Assembly (NCBI RefSeq): GCF_030684315.1
Contig: NC_081396.1
Coordinates: forward strand, 1,984,001 to 2,048,000
From: Stegostoma tigrinum
Taxonomy: Eukaryota
Length of the DNA stretch: 64,000 bases
Reading direction: 5' to 3'
The notes under the pieces are model-generated. The model searched no databases. It saw nothing but the letters and a program-made list of their open reading frames with translations, and was not told where the DNA came from. Positions within the stretch are counted from its first letter, which is position 1; every line of letters starts with the position of its first letter. Of the stretch, positions 26,967 through 40,512 are shown in pieces. The translations under genes and the position numbers were made by a program.

Positions 26967-28631
26967 ACCTGATTATTCTAATTCCATTTTCCTGTACTTA
27001 GCGCGTAGCTTTGCATGCCCTTGCCGTGTAAATGCATTTCTAAGCAATGAAATATTTTGAAGACTACAGCTTCTGCAACACTTACAGACAGTGTTTTGCA
27101 GATTCTCAACAACATGTCTGTGACATATTGTCCCGCAGATTTCGTCTAAACTCTTAGCATTACCTGAACAATGGTTAATGGTTCCTGTCTATCAATATTC
27201 AAACCTCAGCTTGAGTCATAATTAACCTTGAACCCGATTAGATAAACTCAAATTTCCGTTCCTGGAAGGGGAAAAACATAGCTTTTAATTTCATAAACTC
27301 AACAGATTAGTTATACATCTTCAAATTAAGAGCATAAGCATTGCAGCAGAAGCAGGAGATTCATTCCACCGAGCCTCTCCTGCCATTGAACGAGATCATG
27401 GTTTATCCATTGTTCCTCACCTCCACTTTTCTGAGATTTCCGCATAATTCCAGGTTCCCACATTGATTAAAACTCTGTTTATTTTGCCCTTAAACAGTAT
27501 AAACGATGCAGCCTCGCCAAAAGCCTGTGGTTAAAAAAAATCCATAGGTGTACTAATCCCCAAGAGAAGAAATTCCTCATCTCTGTCCTACATGTGCCAG
27601 CCTTTGCTCTGATATCATGTCCTATCGTTCTGGACTCCCTATACTCTTGGGTACAATTTGTCTTCATTAAATGTTTGTCACTTTTTTTGAATTCAAACGT
27701 TTCTCATGTTCATTCTTCTAGCTGCTTTTTTGCTGTCCTCTTCTTCGCTCTATCTTCCTTTTTTTGGGGTTGCTGATTTGACTTCCGATTGCTGTGCCTG
27801 TTTTGAATTCATTCTATTTCATGCCAATTGCAAATCATTGTTTTCTCTCTGTGGTGATTCTTTTTTTCTCATTGTCTCTATGCAGCAGTTATCGTAACCG
27901 GACCACTTTCACTTCTGTGTGAAATTTTACAGGGAGAGATTTGACCAATTGTGGCTCTAAAGAAATATTTGACAATTTCTGAGAAGTCTGTCATAGGTCA
28001 ATATTGGCAACCTTCCCAGTGGAGGAATGTAAATAGACACGGATATCACTAAGGACCTCTCAATTACAATTGCATAATGGACAATAAAGCAGTGCTACAA
28101 ATTTTAAGTTAACGGTTATAGCACCCAAATAACTTGTTTGATTTTTTAAAAGTTCCTCAACTATTGAATTCAAAAGTGAACATTGCACTGGCCTAAGTGA
28201 ACAGAGAAAATACCACCCTACTGCCATCAGTTGTCAAGCAATTTGAGAACAAAAAAAAACACTATTTTCTGCACTTTACAGCTTTGCTGTAATTCAGCAC
28301 TTCGAACATATTCACCTCAAAGCATATTATTTCCTTAATTCAATTTTGTGCTGTAACATTTGCAACATCTCTGTAACATTTGCAACTCATTTTACAACCA
28401 TGCTGCTATTCTTTATTTGCTTTGCCAACTTAGATTTTTTTTCTTTCACTTTCAATCATTCGTTCTGGTTTGCTACGATATCAACAATCCATTATTGTTG
28501 TGGAATAAAATTCCAGGACATGATTCTGATGAGCATGGAGCCATGTTCAGATGATTTATCATCAATAATGTTTAAAAGGAAACCAGAATGTAAATAAATT
28601 TTGTTCTGGTGTGCGAACTTGGATTTAATGC

Positions 28632-29320
28632 TGTAGTGGAGAAACTACTAGGAGACGCGGAGAACTCTTCAGGAAGTTAAACTTTTATTTGCAAACAAAA
28701 GCTGTGACAATCAGAAAATGGTTTCCCAATCGCCCCCAATCCTCAGGGCTTGCTTTTTTTAAATACTTTTTTGCTAACCTACTTAGTTCAAAATTATCAG
28801 CATCCCCAATGTTATTAACTGGTAACCAACTCATGTCACTACACTTAGATCATTTTTATCTGACGACAGAGAGGCATTGCACCTGCACTTGAAGGCCAGT
28901 CAGAGTGGTTCGTGCTTCCCTACCTTATCAGTTTACTTCTGTATTTTGAAAAGTGCATTGTCTGTTATCTTTCTTTGCAGAGGCCTGAGGGTTAGTGTAT
29001 TATGTAGCTTTAGCAGAATTAGTAAACAGTTTGCAGCTTAGAAGACATTTTGTTGCTAACTTGCATCGAGAAGCCATCTTATGCCTGGATCCAATTTTCT
29101 TATTTATTATTACCTCGGCCACAAGCAATTAATCTGCCATTAATAGCCAACCTAGGTGCACTACCATTCTTCTACACTTCCTTGACCTATGCTCACGCAC
29201 TTCATTCTATTAAGGTACAACATTCTATTCATTATTGTAACACTCCATGAATCAGTACATCATCCTGCTGATCATTGTGAATTTAAAACTTAGTCTGCCC
29301 CTATAATTTTAATTTCCATT
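28632..29320 (-). mobile_element. Solo LTR related to 19262-19885
   Basis: Shared end blocks GGAGACG.GGAGA.TCTTCA...ATCGCCCCCAA and CTACCATT.TTCTACACTT...CAGTACATCATCCT.CTGATCA. Confidence 0.65.
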
Positions 29321-29699
29321 AATACTTATGATAAAATTATTGTTCATAATGAAAGAGGTGTCATTTTGAAACGATCCTGGTTAATGTGGTTACGTCAATG
29401 AGGCCTGAAATGAAATTATGGACATCTCGAGGCAAATTGTGAATGAGCTTTTTTTTATTGCTTTTGTGCAAAAAGGCAGGAAATGCTCTTTTGGATTCTT
29501 ATTTCCATTGCACTGGTCTCCCAAACAAATAATAGCTGTGGAAACACCCGAGGGAAGTAACAAACGAAAGCTACAGTTGGGAATACTGCAGACACAAAGG
29601 TCAATGCATTATGTGCCAACTGTCAGTTGCGATTGCAGCAAAAGGAGCAGAAAGAGCAGGATTGAATCTTGAGGTCTTTGATGCCACGCCTCTGCTCAC

Positions 29700-30030
29700 T
29701 AGTCAAGTGACTTGGGAAAGTCGGAATGGAACAGATTTGAACGGTTTGTGTTCAAGGTGAGAGGGAAAACCGTTAAAAGAGGACTGAAGGGCAGCTTTTT
29801 TTTTCATGCACATCGAGCTACACCTTTGGAAACAGCTGCCAAAGGAAATGGTGAAAGTGGACACAGTTACAAAATTAAAAGGCATGTGGATTGATACATG
29901 AGTAGTTTCAGAAGGATATTGTTCAAATGCTGGCAAACCACACTAGATCATTTTAAGATATCTGGTTGGTATAGACGAACTGGCCTGAAGAGCCTGTTTC
30001 TGTGCTGGACAACTCTATGAATCTATGAGT
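29700..30030 (+). mobile_element. CR1 LINE 3' fragment, decayed
   Basis: FKVRG...FFHAHRA...KIKRHVD matches the C-terminus of the CR1 at 34665-38590, followed by a tail. Confidence 0.65.
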
Positions 30031-30301
30031 AGGTCATCAAATCTTCTACTTGGAGGACCGTTAATCTTTTCCACCTACACAGTCTTGAAAGAGCTTTTCA
30101 ATTCTTCTTTCACAACCTGCAAACTCAAAGCAGGCCATTCGATATCAGGAATTCTCTCGGACATGTTTCTGATATTACTGTTTGGTGTATTGGAGAACAT
30201 GCATAAGACTGAGTTCATTTATATGTAATTTATTTTATAACAATACAGTCTAGGCAGGTGATGCAATGTTGCCACTGGAATCTGGTGGCGGTCCCGATCA
30301 G

Positions 30302-30983
30302 ATGTGCATACACTACGTGGAGTTTTATGATTGGCTTTTTTACATACAAGTATACAATTAGACACATAGTTAGATAATGTCCATTTAACCATTCATTCTT
30401 TAATTCCTCAGCTATTAGAGGTGGGCTATGCACGGAGAGTGGAACTGAGTTTCCAGTGATAACAACAGTCAGAAGAGGGGTTGGTGATCTTCATTGTGAA
30501 AATACTGTTCTGCATGTTGGCATCAAGCAATAGGACCAAAGGAAAACCGATTGGCCTCCAAGCTGGATCATTACCTAGGTAGAACTGGAAAAATCCCAAA
30601 TCACAGGACGCTATTGTCTTCTACAGTCACATCTAGAAAGTTTGGTTATTGTAATGTAAGAAGCCAGAACTGCAGAGAGGGACAATCTATTCAGAGTAGT
30701 GAATACTGTCGTCGGTTTATAGACAATCAGTGCAGGAGTAGGCCATTCTGCCCTTCGAGCTAGCACCACCATTCATTATGATCATGGCTGATTAATCACA
30801 ATCAGTATCCTGTTTCTGCCTTATCCCCATAACCCTTGGTTCCACAATCTGTAAGAGCTCTATCCAACTCTTTCTTGAAAGTATCTAGAGACTTGGCCTC
30901 CACTGCCTTCTGGGGCTGCGCATTCCATATATCCACCACTCTCTGGGTGAAAAAGTTTGCAGTCAAGACCCAATACAAAAACC
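30302..30983 (+). pseudogene. Heavily decayed V pseudogene with RSS split by a CR1 fragment (tentative)
   Basis: Leader-like stretch with GT; acceptor CCTCAG; DLHC and CWHQ remnants. Perfect nonamer ACAAAAACC at 30975-30983 lies beyond the CR1 piece. Confidence 0.4.
30718..30958 (-). mobile_element. CR1 LINE 3' fragment
   Basis: ORF 30802-30990 contains NFFTQRVVDIWNAQPQKAVEAKSLDTFKKELD. Confidence 0.85.
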
Positions 30984-31374
30984 TCCACAAATATTTGCAT
31001 CTGTCTAAATTCGTGTTTTAATCAGCATGATTGGGATCATCTCAGCTGAGTGCAGAATGAAGTTGGACAGAATGATTTTTCCTTACCGGTTGTCACAACA
31101 CAGCACCATTCCTCGACAGAAATTGGTGACATTTCTTTCACTCAAGCCTAAGTAATTTCTGGAGTGCTGCTCTTTCCTTCTAAATTACCTGATCTAATCC
31201 TGATGGCTGGTAACATTATTTCAGTGACATTCAGTTACTCAGTACGTGGTACCTCTCATTGCAGGATTTTTCCTTCTCCTGGCACAGATCAATGGTGCCT
31301 CTTCTATCTCTGTAGCAAGTTTACATTCCAAAGATTTTGATACTTGCTCACAGTCACTTGCACTTTAAAAGCCT

Positions 31375-31950
31375 GTAGATATGCAAGAAGGAAAATTAAA
31401 AGAGCAGAATGAGAATCTGAAACTTGGATACAGGCACAAGATGGCTTCTCGGTGCAAGTTTGCGCAACAAAATGACTGCTAGCTTGGGAACTGTAAATTC
31501 TGCTAAAGCTGCATAAACAATGCAGTAATGACAAGATAATGCAGTACGAACCGTTCTAACTGACCTTCAATTGCAAATGTCGTGATGCCGTACGGCGAGA
31601 TAAACATTTACTTAGGTGTTGTGGCGTAAGTTGTTTACCAGTTAATGTTATTGGATTAAGTAACTGTCAATGAACCAATATCATGTATTGATTGGTAATT
31701 GTTTGAATACACTCTGTGATCACGCCAAGTACTCTGATTTAAGAAAATTATAAAAGTGCCTTTGCATTAACCTGTAGGTGCGGGTTCTCCATGGAATACC
31801 GAAGTGCTCAACTTCTGTGTTTTCTGGATGATCTGTACCTGGCTGTATGAAGAAGTAGAAGTTTAGTCTTAAACAGCCAGACCGACTGCAAGTGTTTATT
31901 GACTGATCGCAGAATCGAGACACCCCACCGGGGGTCGAGATTTTCAATAA
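31375..31950 (+). mobile_element. Solo LTR-like element related to 28632-29320, opposite orientation
   Basis: About 31425-31520 is reverse-complement similar to about 29000-29100. Boundaries approximate. Confidence 0.5.
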
Positions 31951-32575
31951 TATTCAACGGTAAAGTATGATTAAAGGTATTAAACAGAACACAAAATGTA
32001 ATGTATAATACATAATATACAATATCTATTATAACACATGACATACATTTATGTATATTTAAATTCCTGTCTAAAATAGTAACGAAACTCACATAGGGGG
32101 AAGAGGAAAAAAATTGAGGGAAAAATTACTGAAGCGATTGCAGATTTTTATGAGATACAATCGTTTTCTCTGAAGTAACTGCCAGGAAATTCAAGCCACC
32201 GAAACCCCTGGAAAAGGACTTTTCTTTTTTTGCATGTCTACCTCAGCCATGCATCAGGTACAATAAAGCCATCAGGCCAATAACTAAGGGGTTTGTGAAC
32301 GAAGAGATCCCAATAATTCATATGACTGCGGAAAGTTCATCAAACTACCGGCTGCACGGTAATGCACAATGAATTATTGTGTGAAATAATCTTATTGTAA
32401 TTTAAAAGGAAGTAAAGTAAATCCCAGATTATCCTCAGTTCTTCTTGTTGAATTTGGTGCATTATTTTGATATTTTACTGGAAACACTATGATCTGCATC
32501 TGTTGTCTGAATTTATGTGTCTGTTTGTTGACGTGATGTCGCTTTCTGGTAGATCCTACTTCGAATTCTCAGGAT

Positions 32576-33040
32576 GGACTTTGCACAGGCTTCCCTGTTT
32601 CTCTGCAACAATGGGTACTCCATAGCAGAGAAGTTTGCAGCATTGTAGGGGAGAATAGATCACATATTTTCTTTCAAATGTACTAATTTGTTTCCTCTGC
32701 TCAAAACAGCAGAAAATCTGTCTGTGAAGTTTTCAGTCACTACAGTCGTGATGTACATCTTGAATTCATATCTCAGATATTTCACAGGAAAAAGGACATA
32801 CAGGATTTGAGTTTGCCAACTAGCTGCTGAGTAACTCCAGTATTGAATTGAAGTCTGTCCTTCAGAACCACTAATTCTGAACGATCCTGGAACACCTCAC
32901 CTTTGCCATTAACCCTGCAACAAATGCAGAATTGATCGAATAATTTCCAGAGCATAATTCACAACGACAATACTGGTAATTAAAGCATTTACTTATCAAG
33001 CAGTATTTCCGATATTATTAGTGAAAAAACATTGAAACAT
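32576..33040 (-). pseudogene. TCR-type V pseudogene
   Basis: Leader ATG at 33040 with mutated donor (ATAAGT); acceptor TTGCAG at 32915. GEVFQDRSELVV/SEGQTSIQYWSYS...ENFTDRFSAVLSRGNKLVHLK...NFSAME. RSS remnant CCCATTG + 24 nt + GCAAAGTCC. Confidence 0.72.
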
Positions 33041-34664
33041 GGAGCCTGTTTTACACCTTCAGAGAAACAACAGAATTGATTCAATGTGATGATACTTCCA
33101 AATTGATGAAAAAGACCAAACGCAGATCAGCAACTAGCATCACTTAACGGAAATATGAGGGGCACTCCCCAAGATGGAGAATTCGTTACTGCCTCGAAAC
33201 TGACAAAGATGAGGCATCAAAATTATCTGACATTCCACTTCAGCTGTCTGTTTTTTTTTTTCTGTCTCTTCTTGGCAGTCTTTCTCTGTGTCTCACCTTT
33301 TCTCTTAATCTCCAACTTAATCTGGTGCTAGGTTCTTAGGGATGTCTGAATCTAAACTGCACATCCACCCTTCCCCAACGGCAACATCTTAGAATTTCTC
33401 TCTTTCAAAAATATCCAAGAAAATACTTCTGTAAAGATGGCAAATTACCCCAGTTTTGCATTTGTCCAGTTTCCCAAATGTAATGATACGTGAATGGAAA
33501 TGTTATGGCAGAGAAAAAAAATATATAAGTTAATAGCAATAACACCCTGTTTATTTTACAAAAAAAGCATTGTAAGAGTTTTGCTTAGATAACAATAAAC
33601 TTCTAACAAAACTGTTTTATTAATCAAAGTGAGCTAATTAGCACCAGCGAATCAGCTGAACCTGTAGTGTATTAGACACTAAGATTATCAAGAAGTAACT
33701 GTAGAATAAGACCATTTCACCTGTCGAATCTGCTTCACCATTAAGTGAGATTATGGCTGATCTGAAAATCTTCAATTTCACTGTCTCTCCACCAACATTT
33801 CCCCATGAATCCACATTCCTTTAACAATGCAAACTTTGTCTATATTTTCCTCATTCCTTTAAGCGCTGTAAAATGTCAGGTGATTTTTGTTTTAATGCAG
33901 CAGCAGACCAGTCACATTTACTTATCACCCATATCAACAACATGGATGAGGAAATCCCCTGTAATATTTCCAAGTCTGCCTTCTCTGCAAGACGAAAGGG
34001 TGAAATCACTGAAGCTGGCTTGGGCATTGACAAGACCACGCCTGGAGTGCAATTTATCAACGCATTACTGAAGGAAACATATACATTTCGTAGAGAGAGT
34101 GCTGCAAAGAATCAACAGATTGATTCCTGACATGGCAGTTTTCTGAATGGGACAATGGTAATAAAGAGATGTTTCCACTGACGAGCACTTCTACATTAAG
34201 TGGTCATAGTCCAGTCTAAGCAGTAGGCCATTTCAGACTGAGATGAGGAGAATAGTGTGTGCTAAGAGAGTGCTGAAGCTGGGGAATTCTCTGTTAAAGA
34301 CGTCTGTAGGCGCAACTTTACTGAATAGGTATTTTATTTTAAGGGCACAACGTTCATTGATTCTGACAGAATCGCTCTGTCTTTGCTGATTGCAATATCA
34401 GAATTTCACTGACACATGAAGAGGTTGTACATTAACAATAAGCCAGGAGTCGAAGCCAGGACATGACAGTCAAAGTGTTGACTCCTCGCCATTGTCACAC
34501 CAGGGCAAATAAGACAGACGTGTGCATATTTTAGTAACGATACTGTTTTTTGACTGCATTTAATTCACGCTCACCAACCATGAGTTTCTCCAATAAAATG
34601 GTGGAGTTATCGAATATCTGTTATTAATTTGTTATTGTTACTTGACGTAAGCTTTCTACTTTAG

Positions 34665-37600
34665 TACTGAGTGGGTGTTCAGATAAGTGGGGTATGGATG
34701 CTAGGGCAGTTGTTTGCTCCTCCTGCAGAATGTGGCAGTTGGGAGACGTGGCACACGTCTCCGCAGGCTACATCTGCGGGAAGTGCACCCAACTACAGCT
34801 CCTTGAAAACCGTGTTAGGGAAATGGAGCTGGAGCTGGATGAACTACGGATCAATCGGGAGGCAGAGGGGGTAATTGAGAGGAGTTACCGGGAGTTGGTC
34901 ACTCCTAAGGCTCAGGACAAGGATAGATGGGTTACAGTTAGGGGGAGGAAAGGGGACAGACAGACAGTGCAGAGATCCCCTGTGGGCATTCCCCTCAGCA
35001 ATAAGTATACCGTTTTGGATACGGCTGGGGGGGATGACCTACCAGAGGAAAGCCATAGTAGTCAGTGCTCTGGCACTGAGCCTGACACTGTGGCAAAGAA
35101 GGGAAGGGAGCAAAATAGAAAAGTACTTGTGGTACGGGACTCGATAGTTATGGGAATTGACAGGAGATTTTGTGGTCAGGATCGGGATTCCCGGAAGGTA
35201 TGTTGCCTCCCTGGTGCCAGGGTCTGGGACGTCTCCGATCGGGTGTATAAGGTTCTAAAAGGGGAGGGTGAACAGCCAGAAATCGTGTTACATATTGGCA
35301 CAAATTATATAGCCAGAAATAGGATTGAGGATATAAAAAGTGATTTCAGGGAGTTAGGATGGAACCTGCAGAGCAGGACGAACAGAGTAGTGTTCTCTGG
35401 TTTACTACCAGTGCCACGAGATAGTGAGGCGAGGAAGAGGGAGCGGGCGCAGCTGAACACGTGGCTACTCAGTTGGTGTAGGAGGGAGGGCTTCAGATAT
35501 GTAGATAATTGGGATGCCTTCTGGGGAAGGTGGGACCTGTACAAGAAGGACGAGTTGCATCTGAACTGGAAAGGGACCAATGTCCTGGGTGGAAGGTTTG
35601 CTCGAGTAGTTCGAGAGGGTTTAAATTAGTATGGCAGGGGAGTGGGAACCTGAGCTGTATACCGGAGGTGAGAGCTGATGCAGGTGAGGCAGTAGCAAGT
35701 GGTAGACCAGCTAGTGGGAAGGAACCAAGGGATCGGTTAAAGTGTGTTTGCTTTAATGCAAGGAGTATCAGGAATAAAAGTGATGAACTTAGAGCATGGA
35801 TCAGTACCTGGTGCTATGATGTTGTGGCCATAACAAAGACATGGGTTTCTCATGGGCAGGAATGGTTGCTGGATGTTCCAGGGTTTAGAACATTTTAAAA
35901 GAATAGAGAGGGGGGAAAAAGAGGAGGGGGTATAGCACTACTAATCAGAGAGGGTATCACAGCTACAGAAGCTTCCATTGCCGGGAAGATCTGCCTACTG
36001 AGTCAGTATGGGTGGAAATTAGGAACAGCAAGGGAGTAGTCACCTCGTTAGTGGTTTACTACGGGCCCCCCAATAGCAGCAGGGAGATTGAAGAAAGCAT
36101 AGGTCGACAGATTTTGGAAAAGTGTGGACGCAGTAGGGTTGTTGTAATGGGTGACTTTAACTTTCCTAATATTGATTGGAACCTCCTTCGAGCAGAAGAT
36201 TTGAATGGAGCTGTTTTTGTAAGGTGTGTTCAGGAGGGTTTCCTAACGCAGTACGTTGACAGGCCGACGAGGGGAGAGGCCATTCTAGACTTGGTGCTCG
36301 GAAACGAGCCAGGGCAGGTATCAGATCTTGTGGTGGGAGAGCATTTTGGTGATAGTGACCATAACTGCCTCACATTCTACATAGCTATGGGTAAGGAGAG
36401 GATTAGGCAAAATGGGAGGATATTTAATTGGGGAAGAGGAAACTATGACGCGATTAGACATGAGTTAGGAAGCATGGACTGGGAGCAATTGTTCCATGGT
36501 AAGGGAACTATAGACATGTGGACACTGTTTAAGGAACTGTTGTTGCGAGTGATGAGTAAATATGTCCCTCTGAGACAGGCAAGAAGGGGTAAGATACAGG
36601 AACCTTGGATGACGAGAGCGATGGAGCTTCTTGTGAAAAGGAAGAAGGTAGCTTTCATAAGGTGGAGGAAGCTAGAGTCAAGTTCAGCTAGAGGGGATTA
36701 CACGCGGGCAAGGAAGGAGCTCAAAAATGGTCTGAGGACAGCCAGGAGGGGGCATGAGAAAGGCTTGGCAGAAGGAATCAGGGAAAACACAAAGGCATTT
36801 TACACTTACGTGAGGAATAAGAGAATGGTCAAAGAAAGAGTAGGGCCGATCAGGGACAGCATAGGGAACTTGTGTGTGGAGGCTGAGGAGGTAGGGGAAG
36901 CCCTAAATGAGTTTTTTGCTTCTGTCTTTAGGAAAGAAACGAACTTTGTCGTGAATGAAACCTTTGAAGAGCAGGTGTGCATGCTGGAATGGATAGAGAT
37001 AGAGGAAGCTGATGTGCTGAAAATTTTGTCAAGCATTAAGATTGACAAGTCGCCAGGCCCGGACCAGATTTGTCCTCGGCTGCTTTGGGAAGCGAGAAAT
37101 GCAATTGCTTCGCCACTTGCGAAGATCTTTGCATCCTCGCTCTCCACTGGAATCGTACCTGAGGACTGGAGAGAGGCAAATGTCATTCCTCTCTTCAAGA
37201 AAGGAAATAGGGAAATCCATGGCAATTACAGACCAGTAAGTCTCACGTCTGTCGTCTGCAAGGTGTTAGGAAGGATTCTGAGGGATAGGATTTATGACCA
37301 TCTGGAAGAGCATGGCTTGATCAAATACAGCCAACACGGCTTTGTGAGGGGTAGGTCATGCCTTACAAACCTTATCGAGTTTTTTGAGGATGCGACTAGA
37401 AAAGTTGATGAGGGTCGAGCTGTGGATGTGGTGTATATGGACTTCAGTAAGGCATTTGATAAGGTTCCCCATGGTAGGCTCATTCAGAAGGTCAGGAGGA
37501 ATGGGATACAGGGGAACTTCGCTGCTTGGATACAGAATCGGCTGGCCAACAGAAGACAGTGAGTGGTAGTAGAAGGAAAATACTCTGCCTGGAAGTCAGT

Positions 37601-38590
37601 GGTGAGTGGGGTTTCACAGGGCTCTGTCCTTGGGCCTCTACTGTTTGTAATTTTTATTAATGACTTGGATGAGGGGATTGAAGGATGGGTCAGCAAGTTT
37701 GCAGAGGACACAAAGGTTGGAGGTGTCGTTGACAGTATAGAGGGCTGTTGTAGGCTGCAGCGGGACATTGACAGGATGCGGAGATGGGCTGAGAGGTGGC
37801 AGATGGAGTTCAACCTGGATAAATGCGAGGTGATACATTTTGGAAGGTCGAATTTGAAAGCTGAGTACAGGATTAAGGATAGGATTCTTGGCAGTGTGGA
37901 GGAACAGAGGGATCTTGGTGTGCAGATACATAGATCCCTTAAAATGGCCACCCAAGTGGACGGGGTTGTTAAGAAAGCATATGGTGTTTTGGCTTTCATT
38001 AACAGGGGGATTGAGTTTAAGAGCCGTGAGATTTTGTTGCAGCTCTATAAAACTTTGGTTAGACCGCACTTGGAATACTGCGTCCAGTTCTGGTCGCCCT
38101 ATTATAGGAAAGATGTGGATGCTTTGGAGAGGGTTCAGAGGAGGTTTACCAGGATGTTGCCTGGACTGGAGGGCTTACCTTATGAAGAGAGGTTGACTGA
38201 ACTCGGTCTCTTTTCATTGGAGAAAAGGAGGAGGAGAGGGGACCTAATTGAGTTATACAAGATAATGAGAGGCATAGATAGAGTTGATAGCCAGAGACTA
38301 TTTCCCAGGGCAGAAATGGCTAGCACGAGGGGTCATAGTTTTAAGCTGGTTGGTGGAAAGTATAGAGGGGATGTCAGAGGCGGATTCTTTACACAGAGAG
38401 TTGTGACAGCATGGAATGCGTTGCCAGCAGCAGTTGTGGAAGCAAGGTCATTGGGGTCATTTAAGAGACTGCTGGACATGCATATGGTCACAGAAATTTG
38501 AGGATGCGTACATGAGGATCAATGGTCGGCACAACATTGTGGGATGAAGGGCCTGTTCTGTGTTGTACTGTTCTATGTTCTATGTTCTAT
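34665..38590 (+). mobile_element. CR1-clade LINE, near full length, ORF2 disrupted
   Basis: ORF1 34694-35629 has CxxC zinc/coiled-coil and SGNH esterase motifs (RDSIV, LHIGTN, LHLN). ORF2 has APE (FNARS, MGDFN, DSDH) and RT (DFSKAFD, QGSVLGP, KFAED) with stops near 35898 and 37560 and a frameshift near 35990. Tail (GTTCTAT)n. Confidence 0.95.
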
Positions 38591-40006
38591 CTACTGCGCA
38601 ACTCTTCTGAACAACTCCTACAAATGAATAAATAATAATAAGAAATATCTATTGGCGATATCCTCATCTCCAACAGCGTCATGTATCTCAGTTCCACGCA
38701 AATCACGCTGAAGCATTGATATAGTGAATCTCATACAAAACTCTGTCCTGATATTTCAACTCAGTGCTCACCAAAGGACACTATCACATCAATCAGCTGA
38801 ATTTAGTCCCGACTGTGAGAGAATCACAAATTCATTTGAAAGATCACAGAATGCACAACATTGAACAGGAATTGATGAGATTCTCTTTATTGTTAGCTTA
38901 TCTTTACAAATTGTATTCATACTACCACTTACCTTTGTGAATTATTCTGCGATAAATGTCGGCTTTTAACTCCTATCACTATTTGAACATTTTGAAAACC
39001 CAACTTCACTCTATACCTGTACGTGTAACTATTTCCTTCGCACAGATTTAAGATCATTTCAGTTTCAACTTTCATCAAACAAAGACAAAACTTATCAAGC
39101 AGAAAAATGATACTGACAGAATCGACCTTTATACTTTCTGTAAATCCTATCATACGCTGACAGAATCAATGCAGGAACGACAGGAAATAAACCTCTCTTC
39201 ATAATCATAGTTCCCCAAAGGACTGTATAAATTGATTAAAGACAGAACACACCTCCCCTTGTAATTGTGCAGATAATATAAAGCAGGAAACCGTTACCTG
39301 ATTAATTTTGTTCCACAATCAGCGCTAAAGACTTCCAGACAAATACAGCTCTGGTCAATATTGAGAGAAACTGGTTTTAGTTAAGGCTGACTATGTGTGG
39401 ATTTCAGACTAAAGTAACTTGTGGTTATATCATAGAGCCAGAGAGCCATACAGCTTGGAAACACGCCCTTTAACCCAATTCGTCCAAGCCAACTGATTTT
39501 CCTATACCACAGTTAGCTCATATGCCTGTGTTTTGCCCATATCCTTCTAAATCTTTCCTGCTCCTGTACCTGCCTAAATATCACTTTTGAGTGATAAGTA
39601 TAAACTTTTTTTTTTCCTGTATCACTGTCTTCTATTGTCCACTATCTTTTTGCCTCCTCAATCGCCATGGAGAGTGAAGCTTTGCTCAGTTTCATCCTCA
39701 ATATTGCAACGTGTCTCACTGCACTCTTATTGACAGTAACACCTCACAGCTGAATGTTATATACTTCAACAACTCTTTCATCTCTGAATATGGAGATGAC
39801 TCATTCGAGAATGCAATAGCAGCAGAATACAAAGTCATTAAGGGCCGCAGTAGCATTGTCTTGCAGGAAAAATAATTTGTCGAGCAGTTCTATGATAAAC
39901 GGATATTGAAAAATGTCTCAGGTTGAGACGAAGTAACAGAAAAGCACAATCAAATCTGAACAGATGCAACTTACAAGAAAAATAATAAATAAAATGCATC
40001 AGGACA

Positions 40007-40274
40007 NNNNNNNNNNNNNNNNNNNNNNNNNNNNNNNNNNNNNNNNNNNNNNNNNNNNNNNNNNNNNNNNNNNNNNNNNNNNNNNNNNNNNNNNNNNNNN
40101 NNNNNNNNNNNNNNNNNNNNNNNNNNNNNNNNNNNNNNNNNNNNNNNNNNNNNNNNNNNNNNNNNNNNNNNNNNNNNNNNNNNNNNNNNNNNNNNNNNNN
40201 NNNNNNNNNNNNNNNNNNNNNNNNNNNNNNNNNNNNNNNNNNNNNNNNNNNNNNNNNNNNNNNNNNNNNNNNNN
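40007..40274. other. Assembly gap
   Basis: Run of N. Confidence 1.
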
Positions 40275-40512
40275 TGTCCATCCATAAACAGATGTCGCTG
40301 TTTTTTTTCTGTCCATCGTTTACTTCTAATATTGCAAGCACAGGAAGCCTAATTTAACGTGATTCTCTATAATTTATCATGGTTGTGAGATTTTATAATT
40401 TTACCCAAACCAAAGATCGCGCATTGAAAAGTAATGTTTCTGAAGTTACTGGTATCTGTAAAATTCTTGTTTTGGCGACAGTTTACAGGAAGTGAAGATG
40501 CAAGACAATGCA

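Noticed and set aside
38990-39300. Minus-strand FTESIK/GRF and ICAKE with CACGTAC-23-TCAAAATGT, a possible IgH-like V relic
   Set aside because: Too degenerate to call by eye; needs a profile search.
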